Assembly: GCA_963775465.1 (NCBI GenBank)
Contig: CAVZIW010000003.1
Coordinates: forward strand, 160,001 to 224,000
DNA length: 64,000 bases
Direction of reading: 5' to 3'
DNA from: Candidatus Bathyarchaeota archaeon
GTDB lineage: Archaea; Thermoproteota; Bathyarchaeia; Bathyarchaeales; Bathycorpusculaceae
The stretch's first letter is position 1; each line of letters starts with the position of its first letter. The notes under the pieces were generated by a model. It saw nothing but the letters and a program-made list of their open reading frames with translations, searched no databases and was not told where the DNA came from. A program made the position numbers and the translations under genes. Positions 47,803 to 57,433 of the stretch are shown here, piece after piece.

Positions 47803-48761
47803 CCAACTTCGATTGATCTGCCCCGATACGCCATCGTAACTTTCTGAAAAAGTCTAACGATATCTAAAGAGCAGAAGAGAATTTTCGTTAGGTATTCATG
47901 CTGATAAACCATCATTTGAGCCTTTACTGGTAGGTCAATACGTGGAGGCTCAAAGCGGTGGGCAATTGAAGAAATGGGCAAACCTTCAACTCTGATTTTT
48001 TCTTCGAGAAAACCTGTTTTATTGGCGATGTACTGCAGATAAGTTTTTTTCCAATTAAGTTTCATGATTTTGGTAGCGATTATGTCGACTGCTAACGCAT
48101 CATCCCCAGTCAACATTAGGTTCATCTTGACTGGTTTGCCTTTTGTTGGTCCATTGCCCTCTATACCAGTTCGCGCATCCATTATCGTTAACTGTGGCTT
48201 AAATAGTGTGTAGATACGATAAAACACTTCAGGCAAGTATGGGTGGAGGTAGATGCGTTTGTTGCTGGGTACGCATCCAAACAGGTTTTTGATGGCGCCG
48301 CTGAAAACCATAAACTCGTGCGTTTTCATCAACGGCAAATCCACCACTGCATCAGCGTCAAGGATCGTTTTAGGTAGAAACAGGCGTTTAAGTGGTGTGT
48401 TACCTTGGAATTTTACTTCGACTACTTTGTCTTCGGATAGGTTTATTACGGTTCCACCTGCCTCTTTAACTGCAGCTTGTGTGCCGGTTTTGTCAAAAGC
48501 AGTCCAACAAGGGTAGTTGAATCCGTTGGATTCGCCAACAACTACTTCACTGTTACCATCTCTTAGTAACCCAACAAGTTGTTGCATGAGTTCTGGGCTG
48601 GTGACGACGCCGGGCAAGTATTCTGGATGGCTTAGGTTTGGTTTGATGAAGATTTTGCCTTTGCCTCGTAGCCCGGAATTAGCAACTGCCTTCTTCAAAA
48701 TGCTGCTTATATCATCTTTAGCGCGTAAGATTTTGACTGTTTTCTGCTGCTGCTCAAGCAT
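47799..48761 (-). CDS. DUF362 domain protein
   Basis: IKPNL, T.PEL, GES, LPLMKTH, GAIKNLFG and GIEGNGP. Confidence 0.85.
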   Translation of the reverse strand: MLEQQQKTVKILRAKDDISSILKKAVANSGLRGKGKIFIKPNLSHPEYLPGVVTSPELMQQLVGLLRDGNSEVVVGESNGFNYPCWTAFDKTGTQAAVKEAGGTVINLSEDKVVEVKFQGNTPLKRLFLPKTILDADAVVDLPLMKTHEFMVFSGAIKNLFGCVPSNKRIYLHPYLPEVFYRIYTLFKPQLTIMDARTGIEGNGPTKGKPVKMNLMLTGDDALAVDIIATKIMKLNWKKTYLQYIANKTGFLEEKIRVEGLPISSIAHRFEPPRIDLPVKAQMMVYQHEYLTKILFCSLDIVRLFQKVTMAYRGRSIEVG

Positions 48762-50178
48762 TTTTTGTTTTCACTCCCTGGAGGCAACCGGGGTCTCCAT
48801 TCAGCATGTCACCGTTATGGTATGCAGCTGATCGAGCTCGGCATCCGCCGCAGATAAACTTATAGTCGCATTTGCCACATGACCCTTTCAAATTAGCTCT
48901 GTTGCGGAACTTCTTGAAAAGGGGTGCGTTTAGCCAGATATCGTGAAACTTTTGGGATTTTAGGTTGCCGACTTTTACAGGCAGAAAAACACATGGATGC
49001 ATGTCTCCTTGTGGTGAGATCGAACAATATAGTCTGCCTGCTCCGCATCCGCCGATGAAATCACCAAGCGGCACAGCTTTCTTGGTAACTTTGACGGTTT
49101 GCATGTGTGCCATTGACATCGTGACTTCACCCGTGCCTCCTAAACCTTGACACTGCAAAGCCACTCGAGCCAGCTGCGGTGCAGTCGCAAGGATTGTTGT
49201 TTTACATCCGGCTGACATGCGGTTAAGTAAATAACGGAGAACTTCCTCTCGTTCCTTGGGTGACAAGTCTTGGTCAACATGTGCTTTGCCGCGTCCTGTC
49301 GGAATAAAATTAAAATAAGTAAATCGTTCAGCTTTGATGTTCTCTGCTAAATCGATAATAGCAGGTAACTCTGCCATGTTGTTTTTGCCAACAGTTGTCG
49401 CGATGCATACACACAAGTCGGCGTCCACACAATTTTTAAGTCCAGCTACCGCCTTTTCAAAGGTTCCGGGGACACCTCGGAAATCATCGTGTGTCTTGGC
49501 GGATGCACCATCGATGCTTACATCGATGTAGTTAACTTTTGCTGCCTTGATTTTTTGTACGTTTTCTTTGGTGAGAAGGGTGCCGTTTGAAGCGAGTGAC
49601 ACGTAGAGGCCACGATCGGAAGCATATCGTGCAACTTGGAAGAAGTCTTTGCGGGTTAAGGGTTCGCCGCCGCTAAACGCCAATGCCGTTACACCTGCAT
49701 CTGCAAGTTGGTCAACAACGGCCAACGCCTGTTCAGTCGTTAATTCCTGCTCTTGGATATCGCCGCTGTTGGAGTAACAGTGTTTGCAGACTAAGTTGCA
49801 TTTATGAGTGAAATCCCAAACAACCAGAAACGGCGCGGAAAGCGACATAGGTCTTTTAATGCCAAAATAAGCAAATGACCGAACTAAATTCAAAACGGCA
49901 GTCTGCGCATAGCGGTCAGCTAAAAGCTTCTTAACCTTTGCCCGCTTAAACCCGAGACTTCTGCGCAGAAACTCCACCCAAAAACTAATAACCTGAGAGT
50001 AGAAACCACTGCATTGCCCGCATTGTTTGTCTTTTTTGCTAGCGTAATCGTCAAGTGCTGCCTCCAGCACCGTTCTGCCGCATTTGGGGCATTTTTTTAG
50101 CGAGAGCTGGAGCATCTTTTTGGTCATAGGCAGAGAAATGACTGCATTCCAAAATATATCGTAGCTAAGGATGTTCAT
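48754..50178 (-). CDS. Radical SAM/SPASM protein with an N-terminal Cys-rich extension; candidate GMGT synthase (Gms-like)
   Basis: CPKCG..LEAAL..Y..CGQC N-domain, APFLVVWDFTHKCNLVCKHCY, GGCGAGRLYC and CGGCRAR. Start placed at ATG 50178 (track start 50268). The Gms assignment is from recalled family resemblance only. Confidence 0.6.
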   Translation of the reverse strand: MNILSYDIFWNAVISLPMTKKMLQLSLKKCPKCGRTVLEAALDDYASKKDKQCGQCSGFYSQVISFWVEFLRRSLGFKRAKVKKLLADRYAQTAVLNLVRSFAYFGIKRPMSLSAPFLVVWDFTHKCNLVCKHCYSNSGDIQEQELTTEQALAVVDQLADAGVTALAFSGGEPLTRKDFFQVARYASDRGLYVSLASNGTLLTKENVQKIKAAKVNYIDVSIDGASAKTHDDFRGVPGTFEKAVAGLKNCVDADLCVCIATTVGKNNMAELPAIIDLAENIKAERFTYFNFIPTGRGKAHVDQDLSPKEREEVLRYLLNRMSAGCKTTILATAPQLARVALQCQGLGGTGEVTMSMAHMQTVKVTKKAVPLGDFIGGCGAGRLYCSISPQGDMHPCVFLPVKVGNLKSQKFHDIWLNAPLFKKFRNRANLKGSCGKCDYKFICGGCRARSAAYHNGDMLNGDPGCLQGVKTKNA

Positions 50179-50349
50179 ACAGTTTTCTCCGTGCCGCTTT
50201 GGTAGTAAATTGAGTGTGTGGGATGTTAAATATTTCTCTAATCGCAATGCCGATTCAAAATGATGCAAAAGGCAATATAATTAAATAATCGACTAAGGTC
50301 GCAAAACGATATAAGATTGTAAATCTCGGAATATATTTCAGGGAAGAAA

Positions 50350-51667
50350 TTGAAAAGAAGTGCTCTGCTGATTGCAACTATAGGATTGATTGCAGTTATA
50401 GTGGTATCCACGTTGATAATTTACGAACACGGCGTGCTCACCCCAGAAGGCTCCAATGTTCTTTGGCAACGCAACCTTGAGAATTTTGCCACTGCTTTAG
50501 CCACTGATAATGGAAAGGTTTTTACGATGGACATTTCTGGGAACGTCAATTGTTATGACAATCAAACTGGCAAATCAATCTGGAACGGTAGCAGTGTGGG
50601 TGGCTATTTCGCTGCAGAACTCACAGTGGCGGAAGGCAGGGTTTACGGCGGTTACAGGCATGCTTCCGTTGGATGTTTAGATGAGGCAACAGGGCAGTTT
50701 CAATGGAACCTTATTTATACCGCTGGCGTTAATCAAGCACCTGATAATCTTATCGTTGAAGATGGACAGTTGTTTGTGATTGCAGAAGGCCCCGGAGCAG
50801 GAGTTACTGCCCTCAACGCTTCAAATGGGCAGATTCTATGGCAAACACCCTACCGATTTGACATATTTGGAAATATAACTGACTCCAAGACTTGGTGGGT
50901 AAGCGGTTATCCGTTGGGAGGTGACCCCTTTGACGGCAGCAACGTTTATGCGTTAGGCGGCAACGAATCTGAGGTAAATATTTTCAAGCTGGATACGAAC
51001 AACGGCAACATACTTTGGCACAGCAACCTAACATCATTCGTGGGGATTCCAAGTGTTATAACAATATATCAAGGGCAACTAATCGTAGAGAGCGGCAACC
51101 AAATCCTAAGTCTCAACGCCACGTCAGGCGACAGCCTCTGGAACATCGACGTTGGCGCCCGAATCCATTCCGCCGCCCCCCATCAAGGTTTACTTCTTTT
51201 CGGAGCCTCAGACGGCAACTTTTATGGGCTCGATTTACAGAGCGGCACTATATCTGCCACAACCAAAGTTGATAGTCAAAACTTCTTCTCCCTCGTTAAC
51301 AGCGACAATGCCCTTACAGTTTTTCCCATACAGGTTGACCCTCAAAATCAACGGATATATTGGAGCTTTGGCATCACAGAACAAAACCAATTCAAAGCTA
51401 CTATAGTCAGCCTCGACTTAGCCATACTAAAAGTTGAATGGACAAAACAAATCCAAGATAGCACCCTCTCCTTCGACAGCCAAACGGCTTCAGCTATCAA
51501 CAAGGACGCTCTGTTTTTGACCGAGAATAATGCTCTTTGGGTTTTTAACGCCGCAAACGGTAACTTGGCTGAGAAGCCAACGCTTCGACCACTACGTGTT
51601 AGCGCCAGTGGAGGCGGACGAAGAGATGTTTGTGGCATCAGACCTCCAACTAACCGCATACAATTAA
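50350..51667 (+). CDS. PQQ-like beta-propeller membrane-anchored protein with a probable +1 frameshift near 51572
   Basis: N-terminal TM and A.NA..G..LW blades. The alternative frame gives SQRFDHYVLAPVEADEEMFVASDLQLTAYN* ending at 51667, a propeller-like last blade, whereas the called tail looks random. Confidence 0.72.
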
Positions 51668-51760
51668 TCTTAAGCGCATTAAGGCTATTAATAGAAGGTA
51701 CACTGCTCTGGAGTAAGTGTTCATTTTAGAGCGAAGTGCTTAACTCTGAGAAGTTTTAAA

Positions 51761-52393
51761 TTAATCCCTAGAGAGCCTCTTTGTTCTTGTCATTATATTT
51801 TGGGCGATTTCAAGGTCTTTGGTTGTGTTGATGTTCAGGAGAAACTCTGTTTCTTCCGAGATTATTGCGCTTGTTTCAATTTTGCCTTCGCTTTGAATTT
51901 TAGTCCCGTTAATGATGTTGATTCCCGATACTGCATACCAAATTCCATTGTATTCATCGATTGAAGAAATCGATAGACCTGCGTCTTCTCTTGCTTTAAT
52001 TGGAACAAAAACCGCCAAAAAATCTTTTTTGCAGAATTCAAACTCGCTAACGATTTTGTCAAGACCTTTCCCTGTAATAGCTGGCACATCTGCTGGCAAC
52101 GTGAGCACTGGACCAGTCCAGCCCAGATTGAAAACCGCTTGCTTCAAATCATCATGGTAACCTTTGGCTTTGGTACGCAGGATTTTCCAGCCTTTGTTGC
52201 GACAGTGTTGCTCAGTTTCAGATGTATTACCGCTCGTGACAATATAGAATTCTGAAACATTTTTCGCGCTGGCAACTGCTTCGGCAACCCAGTCAATCAG
52301 AGGTTTGCCCAAAAACTGTAACATTGGTTTTTCAGACGACAAGCTCATCCTTTTTCCCATTCCGCCAGCCATTATCAAACAAGGAACCTTCAT
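51761..52393 (-). CDS. cobY: GTP:adenosylcobinamide-phosphate guanylyltransferase
   Basis: IMAGGMGKRM..EKP, GYHDDL, PADVP and LNINT..DL. Coupled to cobS. Confidence 0.88.
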   Translation of the reverse strand: MKVPCLIMAGGMGKRMSLSSEKPMLQFLGKPLIDWVAEAVASAKNVSEFYIVTSGNTSETEQHCRNKGWKILRTKAKGYHDDLKQAVFNLGWTGPVLTLPADVPAITGKGLDKIVSEFEFCKKDFLAVFVPIKAREDAGLSISSIDEYNGIWYAVSGINIINGTKIQSEGKIETSAIISEETEFLLNINTTKDLEIAQNIMTRTKRLSRD

Positions 52394-53223
52394 GCGATCA
52401 CCATGAGTGCCAAGGCAAGTAAAACTAACGTTATAGCTCGTGCAACCTCGTTTGTTGCTCCAATCATATCACCTGAAACTCCGCCAAAAACATTGTATGA
52501 GACTTTTCGCATTCCAAATGCAACGGGAATACTGACTAAAACCATTCCAACACTCGCTAATCCCAAAACTAAGTTGCCGAAAAAGCCGAAGCAGGTGAAC
52601 GCTATCAATACGGCAATTGCATAAGCGGCGACGTTGAGTTTCTTTTTGGCTTTAGCAAGAAAAATTGAGCCTAAACCTTTATGTGATGGTTTGCCTGCCC
52701 AAATAATAGTTACCATTGAAAGCTTGGCCGAAACCTCAGCTGCAATAACCGCTCCGAATGCATACCCTGGATTCACTAAAAACAAGCCAGCAAACGCTAA
52801 AAACTCCACAGCTAACGCTAAAACTGCGCCTGCGTAAGTAACGGTCCAAGCATGAGCCTTCATTTTTCGGTCATGGACGTTTCGCAAACCAATAGCGTTG
52901 CCTAAATCGATTAAACCGTCAAAGTGTTGAAGCCCAGTTAAAACAGAGAGAAAAGCAATCGTCATGGCTGCAGGAATTAGGTTCCCTAGTACTGCTGTGG
53001 GCAAAGCAACAATATTTCCTGCTAACCCGAGAATAAACGAAACTACTATGTTTGAACCAATAAAATAAAATGCTCCAAGTAAACCAATAAAGCCGCCGAT
53101 TAACGGAAAAAGCCAAACATTCTCTGCTGTTGTCAAGATGAAGTCTTCTTTTCCTCCAACCGGTATGATGGTTAGGAAAGACAGCAAATCCCTAAAAGTT
53201 TTTATAGTTTTCACAGGCGACAT
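52390..53223 (-). CDS. cobS: Cobalamin(-5'-phosphate) synthase
   Basis: SFLTIIP, FPLIG, TGLQHFDGLIDLG, GLGSIF and GGVSGDMIGATNE. Confidence 0.92.
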   Translation of the reverse strand: MSPVKTIKTFRDLLSFLTIIPVGGKEDFILTTAENVWLFPLIGGFIGLLGAFYFIGSNIVVSFILGLAGNIVALPTAVLGNLIPAAMTIAFLSVLTGLQHFDGLIDLGNAIGLRNVHDRKMKAHAWTVTYAGAVLALAVEFLAFAGLFLVNPGYAFGAVIAAEVSAKLSMVTIIWAGKPSHKGLGSIFLAKAKKKLNVAAYAIAVLIAFTCFGFFGNLVLGLASVGMVLVSIPVAFGMRKVSYNVFGGVSGDMIGATNEVARAITLVLLALALMVIA

Positions 53224-53262
53224 ATAGCTTACAACTACCTATATGAAAATATAGGCTTTGTC

Positions 53263-54207
53263 GTGACTTGGATGGCTGACCTAAAAGGAAAAAAAGTTAT
53301 GGTTACTGGCGGAGCAGGTTTTGTAGGTTATCACCTGTGTAATAAACTCCAAAATTTGACCGATGACTTAACGATTTATGATAATTTATCGAGCGGCAAG
53401 ATTGAGAATGTTAATGATGTTTCGAAAGCAAAGTTCGTGAAGGGTGACATACTTGACCTAACAGGTCTCTTTGACTTACCCAAACAGGATTTAATTTACC
53501 ATTTAGCTGCTCAGGTTGTTGTGCCGTATTCGATGGAGAATCCTATGATTGATTTTGAAACAAACGCCAAAGGCACGCTTAGCGTATTGGAGAAAGCCCG
53601 CAAAGATGATGCCAAACTGGTGTTTGCTTCTAGCGCAGCTGTCTATGGCAACCCAACCCAAATGCCAACCACGGAAGAGTACGGTTTTCATCCGGTTTCA
53701 TGTTATGGCTTATCCAAAGTTGTTGGGGAAGAATATTGCCAAATGTATAGTGAGCAATATGGTTTAGATGTTGTCATCACTCGGTTTGCTAACGTTTACG
53801 GATTGCGTTGCCATGGTGTTATCCATGATTTTCTTGACAAACTTGCTAGGAACCCCAATAAACTTGAAATCATCGGTACTGGTTTGCAGTCACGCGACCT
53901 TGTGCATATTTCTGATGTCGTTGACCTATTGATTACTGTTGGCTCGCTTCAATCAGTAAATGGAGAAACCTATAATGTGGGCTTGGGAAAAACAACCAAG
54001 ATCATAGACCTCGCAAAAATGATGCTAAAAATTCTTGGGCTTCATGACAGGACCCTGATCACAACTACCGGTGTATCCTGGCACGGCGATATTCACACTA
54101 TTTGGTTTGATAACTCAAAAGCAAAAAAAGAACTGGGCTGGAACCCAAAGGTCACCTTGGAAGATGCTATTAAAGAAGTCATCGCTGACAGGAAAATAAA
54201 GATATGA
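53263..54207 (+). CDS. NAD-dependent nucleotide-sugar epimerase/dehydratase, GalE-like
   Basis: TGGAGFVG, HLAAQ, ASSAAVYG, YGLSK and RFANVYG. Confidence 0.9.
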   Translation: MTWMADLKGKKVMVTGGAGFVGYHLCNKLQNLTDDLTIYDNLSSGKIENVNDVSKAKFVKGDILDLTGLFDLPKQDLIYHLAAQVVVPYSMENPMIDFETNAKGTLSVLEKARKDDAKLVFASSAAVYGNPTQMPTTEEYGFHPVSCYGLSKVVGEEYCQMYSEQYGLDVVITRFANVYGLRCHGVIHDFLDKLARNPNKLEIIGTGLQSRDLVHISDVVDLLITVGSLQSVNGETYNVGLGKTTKIIDLAKMMLKILGLHDRTLITTTGVSWHGDIHTIWFDNSKAKKELGWNPKVTLEDAIKEVIADRKIKI

Positions 54208-55118
54208 GTACTGTCAAGCCAGCAAGAGGCCTGATAGCGCTTCTGCGACTTCCTTACTGGCTAATGACTGGTGGATTAGCAGTTTTAACGGCGTTTGCCA
54301 TCTTAAAAGGCGACTTTTCGAGCATACAAACCAATATAGGCAATATGGCTTTCGGTTTGGTTGCATTATTAACTTTTTTTTCCATGGCATTTATAGCTTC
54401 TGCAGGTTTTGCCATAAATGACTATTTTGATCGCGAAAGCGATGCAGTCATTAAACCTAGACGTCCTATTCCTTCAGGTGCACTCTCACTCAAACAGGTT
54501 GTATTTGTTTCCGGGGCACTTTTTGCGTTAGGATTGATTCTTTCATCATTCATAAATTGGCTTAGCTTTACTATCATTGCTATTGATTCACTTTTGCTGT
54601 TGCTTTACTCGTACATGGTCAAGAAGAAGTCAGGTTTTGCAGCAAACCTATTAATGGGGATTTTAACGGGTACCGCGTTTATTTATGGGCAAGCTACCAT
54701 TTCAGATACTATAAACTTAACTTCCTTTACACTTTATCCAATTGCGTTTGGCACCATTGGCGGCAACGTACTTCGAGACATTCTTAGCCTGGAGGGTGAC
54801 TCTAAAGTTGGATATCCCACGTTGCCACAGAAAATCGGGACAATTAGTGCAGCTAAAGTCGGAGCGATATTTTTTCTCTTAACAGGATTGTTAGCGCCCC
54901 TGCCAGCTATACCCTTCTTTGCGGGTCACTTCACAGTTTATTATTTGCCGCTCATTCTACTTTGGAGTATACTTTTAATCTATGCTTCTATACGTCTAAT
55001 GACTTCAGCTTCAACTGTGCAGAACATACGCAAATACGAACGTATCGTAACCATGTCGATGATATTGCTTCCTCTTGCGTTGATCATTGAAGCAGTCCTT
55101 GGGTGGCTATTAGCATGA
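54204..55118 (+). CDS. UbiA-family prenyltransferase, digeranylgeranylglyceryl-phosphate (DGGGP) synthase
   Basis: INDYFDRESDAVIKPRRPIPSG and RDILSLEGD...TLP. ATGA overlap with tes. Confidence 0.85.
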   Translation: MSTVKPARGLIALLRLPYWLMTGGLAVLTAFAILKGDFSSIQTNIGNMAFGLVALLTFFSMAFIASAGFAINDYFDRESDAVIKPRRPIPSGALSLKQVVFVSGALFALGLILSSFINWLSFTIIAIDSLLLLLYSYMVKKKSGFAANLLMGILTGTAFIYGQATISDTINLTSFTLYPIAFGTIGGNVLRDILSLEGDSKVGYPTLPQKIGTISAAKVGAIFFLLTGLLAPLPAIPFFAGHFTVYYLPLILLWSILLIYASIRLMTSASTVQNIRKYERIVTMSMILLPLALIIEAVLGWLLA

Positions 55119-56662
55119 GTGAAACAAAAAGCATATGTCCTGAATGCCAAAAAAAAATCGATGCCCAATTAAGTCAAGCTAATGGCAAAATACAAATTAC
55201 TAAGCGATGTCCAGAACATGGAGACTTTAAAGCAACCCACTGGCAAAGTAAGCCCATATTTGAACATATGCAAAAATACGACCAATTCCAATATCTGGGC
55301 GACCTAAATGCACCCAAAAACCCTGATGGCTGCCCCTATAAGTGCGAAACCTGCACTCAACATGCTTCAGGCACGGTTATAGGCGTAATTGACGTAACCA
55401 AACGCTGCAACTTCAAATGTGCAGTTTGCTTCTCTACTTTTCCCCAACAAGACTCAGATTATGAACCAACAAGAGAAGCACTCGAAAATATGTTGATATT
55501 CGCAAGCGAAGCAAATCCTAAACCTCCAGCCATTCTCTTCTCAGGCGGTGAACCTCTTGAACGAGAAGACATGCCTGAAATAATCGCTACTGCTCATAAA
55601 CTGAAGTTCATGACTATTTTAGCAACTAACGGAACCCATTTAGTTGACACTCCTGGCTTAGCCAAGAAACTAAAAGACAGCGGTTTAAACATCGTTTATC
55701 TGTCATTTGATAGTTTTCATGAAGAATTCAACAAAAAAGTGCGGGGACTTGAGCTTGTTGACATGAAACTTAAGGCAATCGAAGTTTGCCGTAAATATGA
55801 TATGGAAATAATTCTTGTAAATACGCTCATGAAGAGCCTCAATGACAAAGAAGTTGGTGATATGATACGGTTCGCCGCCAAAAACACCGATATAATTAGA
55901 GGTTTAATCTTCCAACCCATCGCGTTTACAGGGAGAGCAACCGAAAATCCTTTCCGTGAAAACTTCCGCGAATGGAGCTTTGCCGAAGGTGTTGAAAAAC
56001 AAACTGATGGTGAAATAAAAGCTACTGATTTATATCCGATGTCGGTTATGACTTCGCCAATTAAAATTATGCGTAAATTCATGCAAAAACCTTGGCCGTT
56101 GTTCTCGTGTAGCCCACAGTGCGGTATAGTAAACTGGGTTTATGTTTCTAAAAACGGCAAAATGTTCCCAATAAACCGCTTCGTGAATTTTGACCGCTTC
56201 TTTAACAGCATTCGCAAGACCGCGGAGGCAGCTGAATCCAAAGGCAAAATGTCCTTGCTTTCGTCACTATTCATGGCATCTATGCTATCGATGGACATGT
56301 TCTTAGTTACAAAGGAAGTAGGAATGCCAACACTTGTTAAATCAATCATGCGCATGCATCTCTCACCATCGTACCAGTCGTTGGGAAAAATTCGACGCAG
56401 AATATTCCTGTTAGGCTGCATGGCCTTTATGGATTCTTTCAACTTTGACGTTAACCGCGTCCGCCGATGTGTAGTTCACTACATAACCCCTGACCTCAAA
56501 ATAATACCGTTCTGCGCCTACAACAATGTGCATCGAGTGGCTATAGAAAAAGAATACGCACAACGCCAAAGCAAAACCCAATCAAACTTACAATATACTG
56601 TTTCTAACACAAATTCTAATGAGATTACGCCAAACGCTAAACTGAAAAATACTCGCAAGTAG
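55115..56662 (+). CDS. tes: Tetraether lipid synthase (Tes / GDGT-MAS) radical SAM enzyme
   Basis: N-terminal SICPEC...KRCPEHG, GCPYKC..C.QH, DVTKRCNFKCAVCF, YLSFD, FQPIAFTGR and C-terminal MAFMDSFNFDVNRVRRCVVHYITPD..IPFCAYN. Confidence 0.88.
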   Translation: MSETKSICPECQKKIDAQLSQANGKIQITKRCPEHGDFKATHWQSKPIFEHMQKYDQFQYLGDLNAPKNPDGCPYKCETCTQHASGTVIGVIDVTKRCNFKCAVCFSTFPQQDSDYEPTREALENMLIFASEANPKPPAILFSGGEPLEREDMPEIIATAHKLKFMTILATNGTHLVDTPGLAKKLKDSGLNIVYLSFDSFHEEFNKKVRGLELVDMKLKAIEVCRKYDMEIILVNTLMKSLNDKEVGDMIRFAAKNTDIIRGLIFQPIAFTGRATENPFRENFREWSFAEGVEKQTDGEIKATDLYPMSVMTSPIKIMRKFMQKPWPLFSCSPQCGIVNWVYVSKNGKMFPINRFVNFDRFFNSIRKTAEAAESKGKMSLLSSLFMASMLSMDMFLVTKEVGMPTLVKSIMRMHLSPSYQSLGKIRRRIFLLGCMAFMDSFNFDVNRVRRCVVHYITPDLKIIPFCAYNNVHRVAIEKEYAQRQSKTQSNLQYTVSNTNSNEITPNAKLKNTRK

Positions 56663-56764
56663 TCTTGCTAAACGATATGCTCGCAAGTTTCTGTTTGTGA
56701 CCACAATTGGTATTTATATGCAGAAAAACATACTTTGGCAATGTTTTAAGGCGATGAATCAACC

Positions 56765-57433
56765 ATGACTCAGAAGTTTGCAACGACAATACTTAAGGCG
56801 CTAGAGGATACGCTGGATTTGCCCAAACTCGTAGAAACTAACGCCGATCCATTTAAAACATTAGTCGTAACGATAATTTCACAAAATACTACCGATACCA
56901 ATACCGAACGTGCCTTCACAATTCTCTCCAAAAAGTTCGAAATTACTCCTAAAATATTGGCCAGAGCCCAAACAGGTGCTATTGAAGAATGCATCAAAAT
57001 TGCGGGACTTTGCAAAAATAAAGCCAAAACAATACAAAATGCCTCAAATACAATTATGGCGAAGTTTCAAGGTTCACTTAACCCCATCTTGTCTTTGCCC
57101 ATTGACGAAGCAAGAAATATTCTTATGGACTTACCTGGTGTCGGTCCTAAAACCGCAGACGTTGTTTTATTATTTTCTGCAAATAAACCCACTATTCCAG
57201 TCGATACACATGTGAATCGGGTTTCAAAGCGGCTTGGTTTGGCGCCATCTAACAGCGGTTACGAAGAAGTGCGCGCATGTCTTCAAGCAATATTCGAACC
57301 AAAAGACTACCTATCGGTACATCTGCTGCTGATTGCGCTGGGCAGAAAATACTGCAAAGCCCGTAGACCTCTCTGTCCAAAATGCTCCGTTAACTCCGAT
57401 TGCCCCAAAAACAGTTTAGGGGTAAAGCAATGA
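56765..57433 (+). CDS. nth: Endonuclease III (HhH-GPD, 4Fe-4S)
   Basis: ISQNTTD, LPGVGPKTAD, PVDTHV and CKARRPLCPKC...C. Confidence 0.93.
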   Translation: MTQKFATTILKALEDTLDLPKLVETNADPFKTLVVTIISQNTTDTNTERAFTILSKKFEITPKILARAQTGAIEECIKIAGLCKNKAKTIQNASNTIMAKFQGSLNPILSLPIDEARNILMDLPGVGPKTADVVLLFSANKPTIPVDTHVNRVSKRLGLAPSNSGYEEVRACLQAIFEPKDYLSVHLLLIALGRKYCKARRPLCPKCSVNSDCPKNSLGVKQ

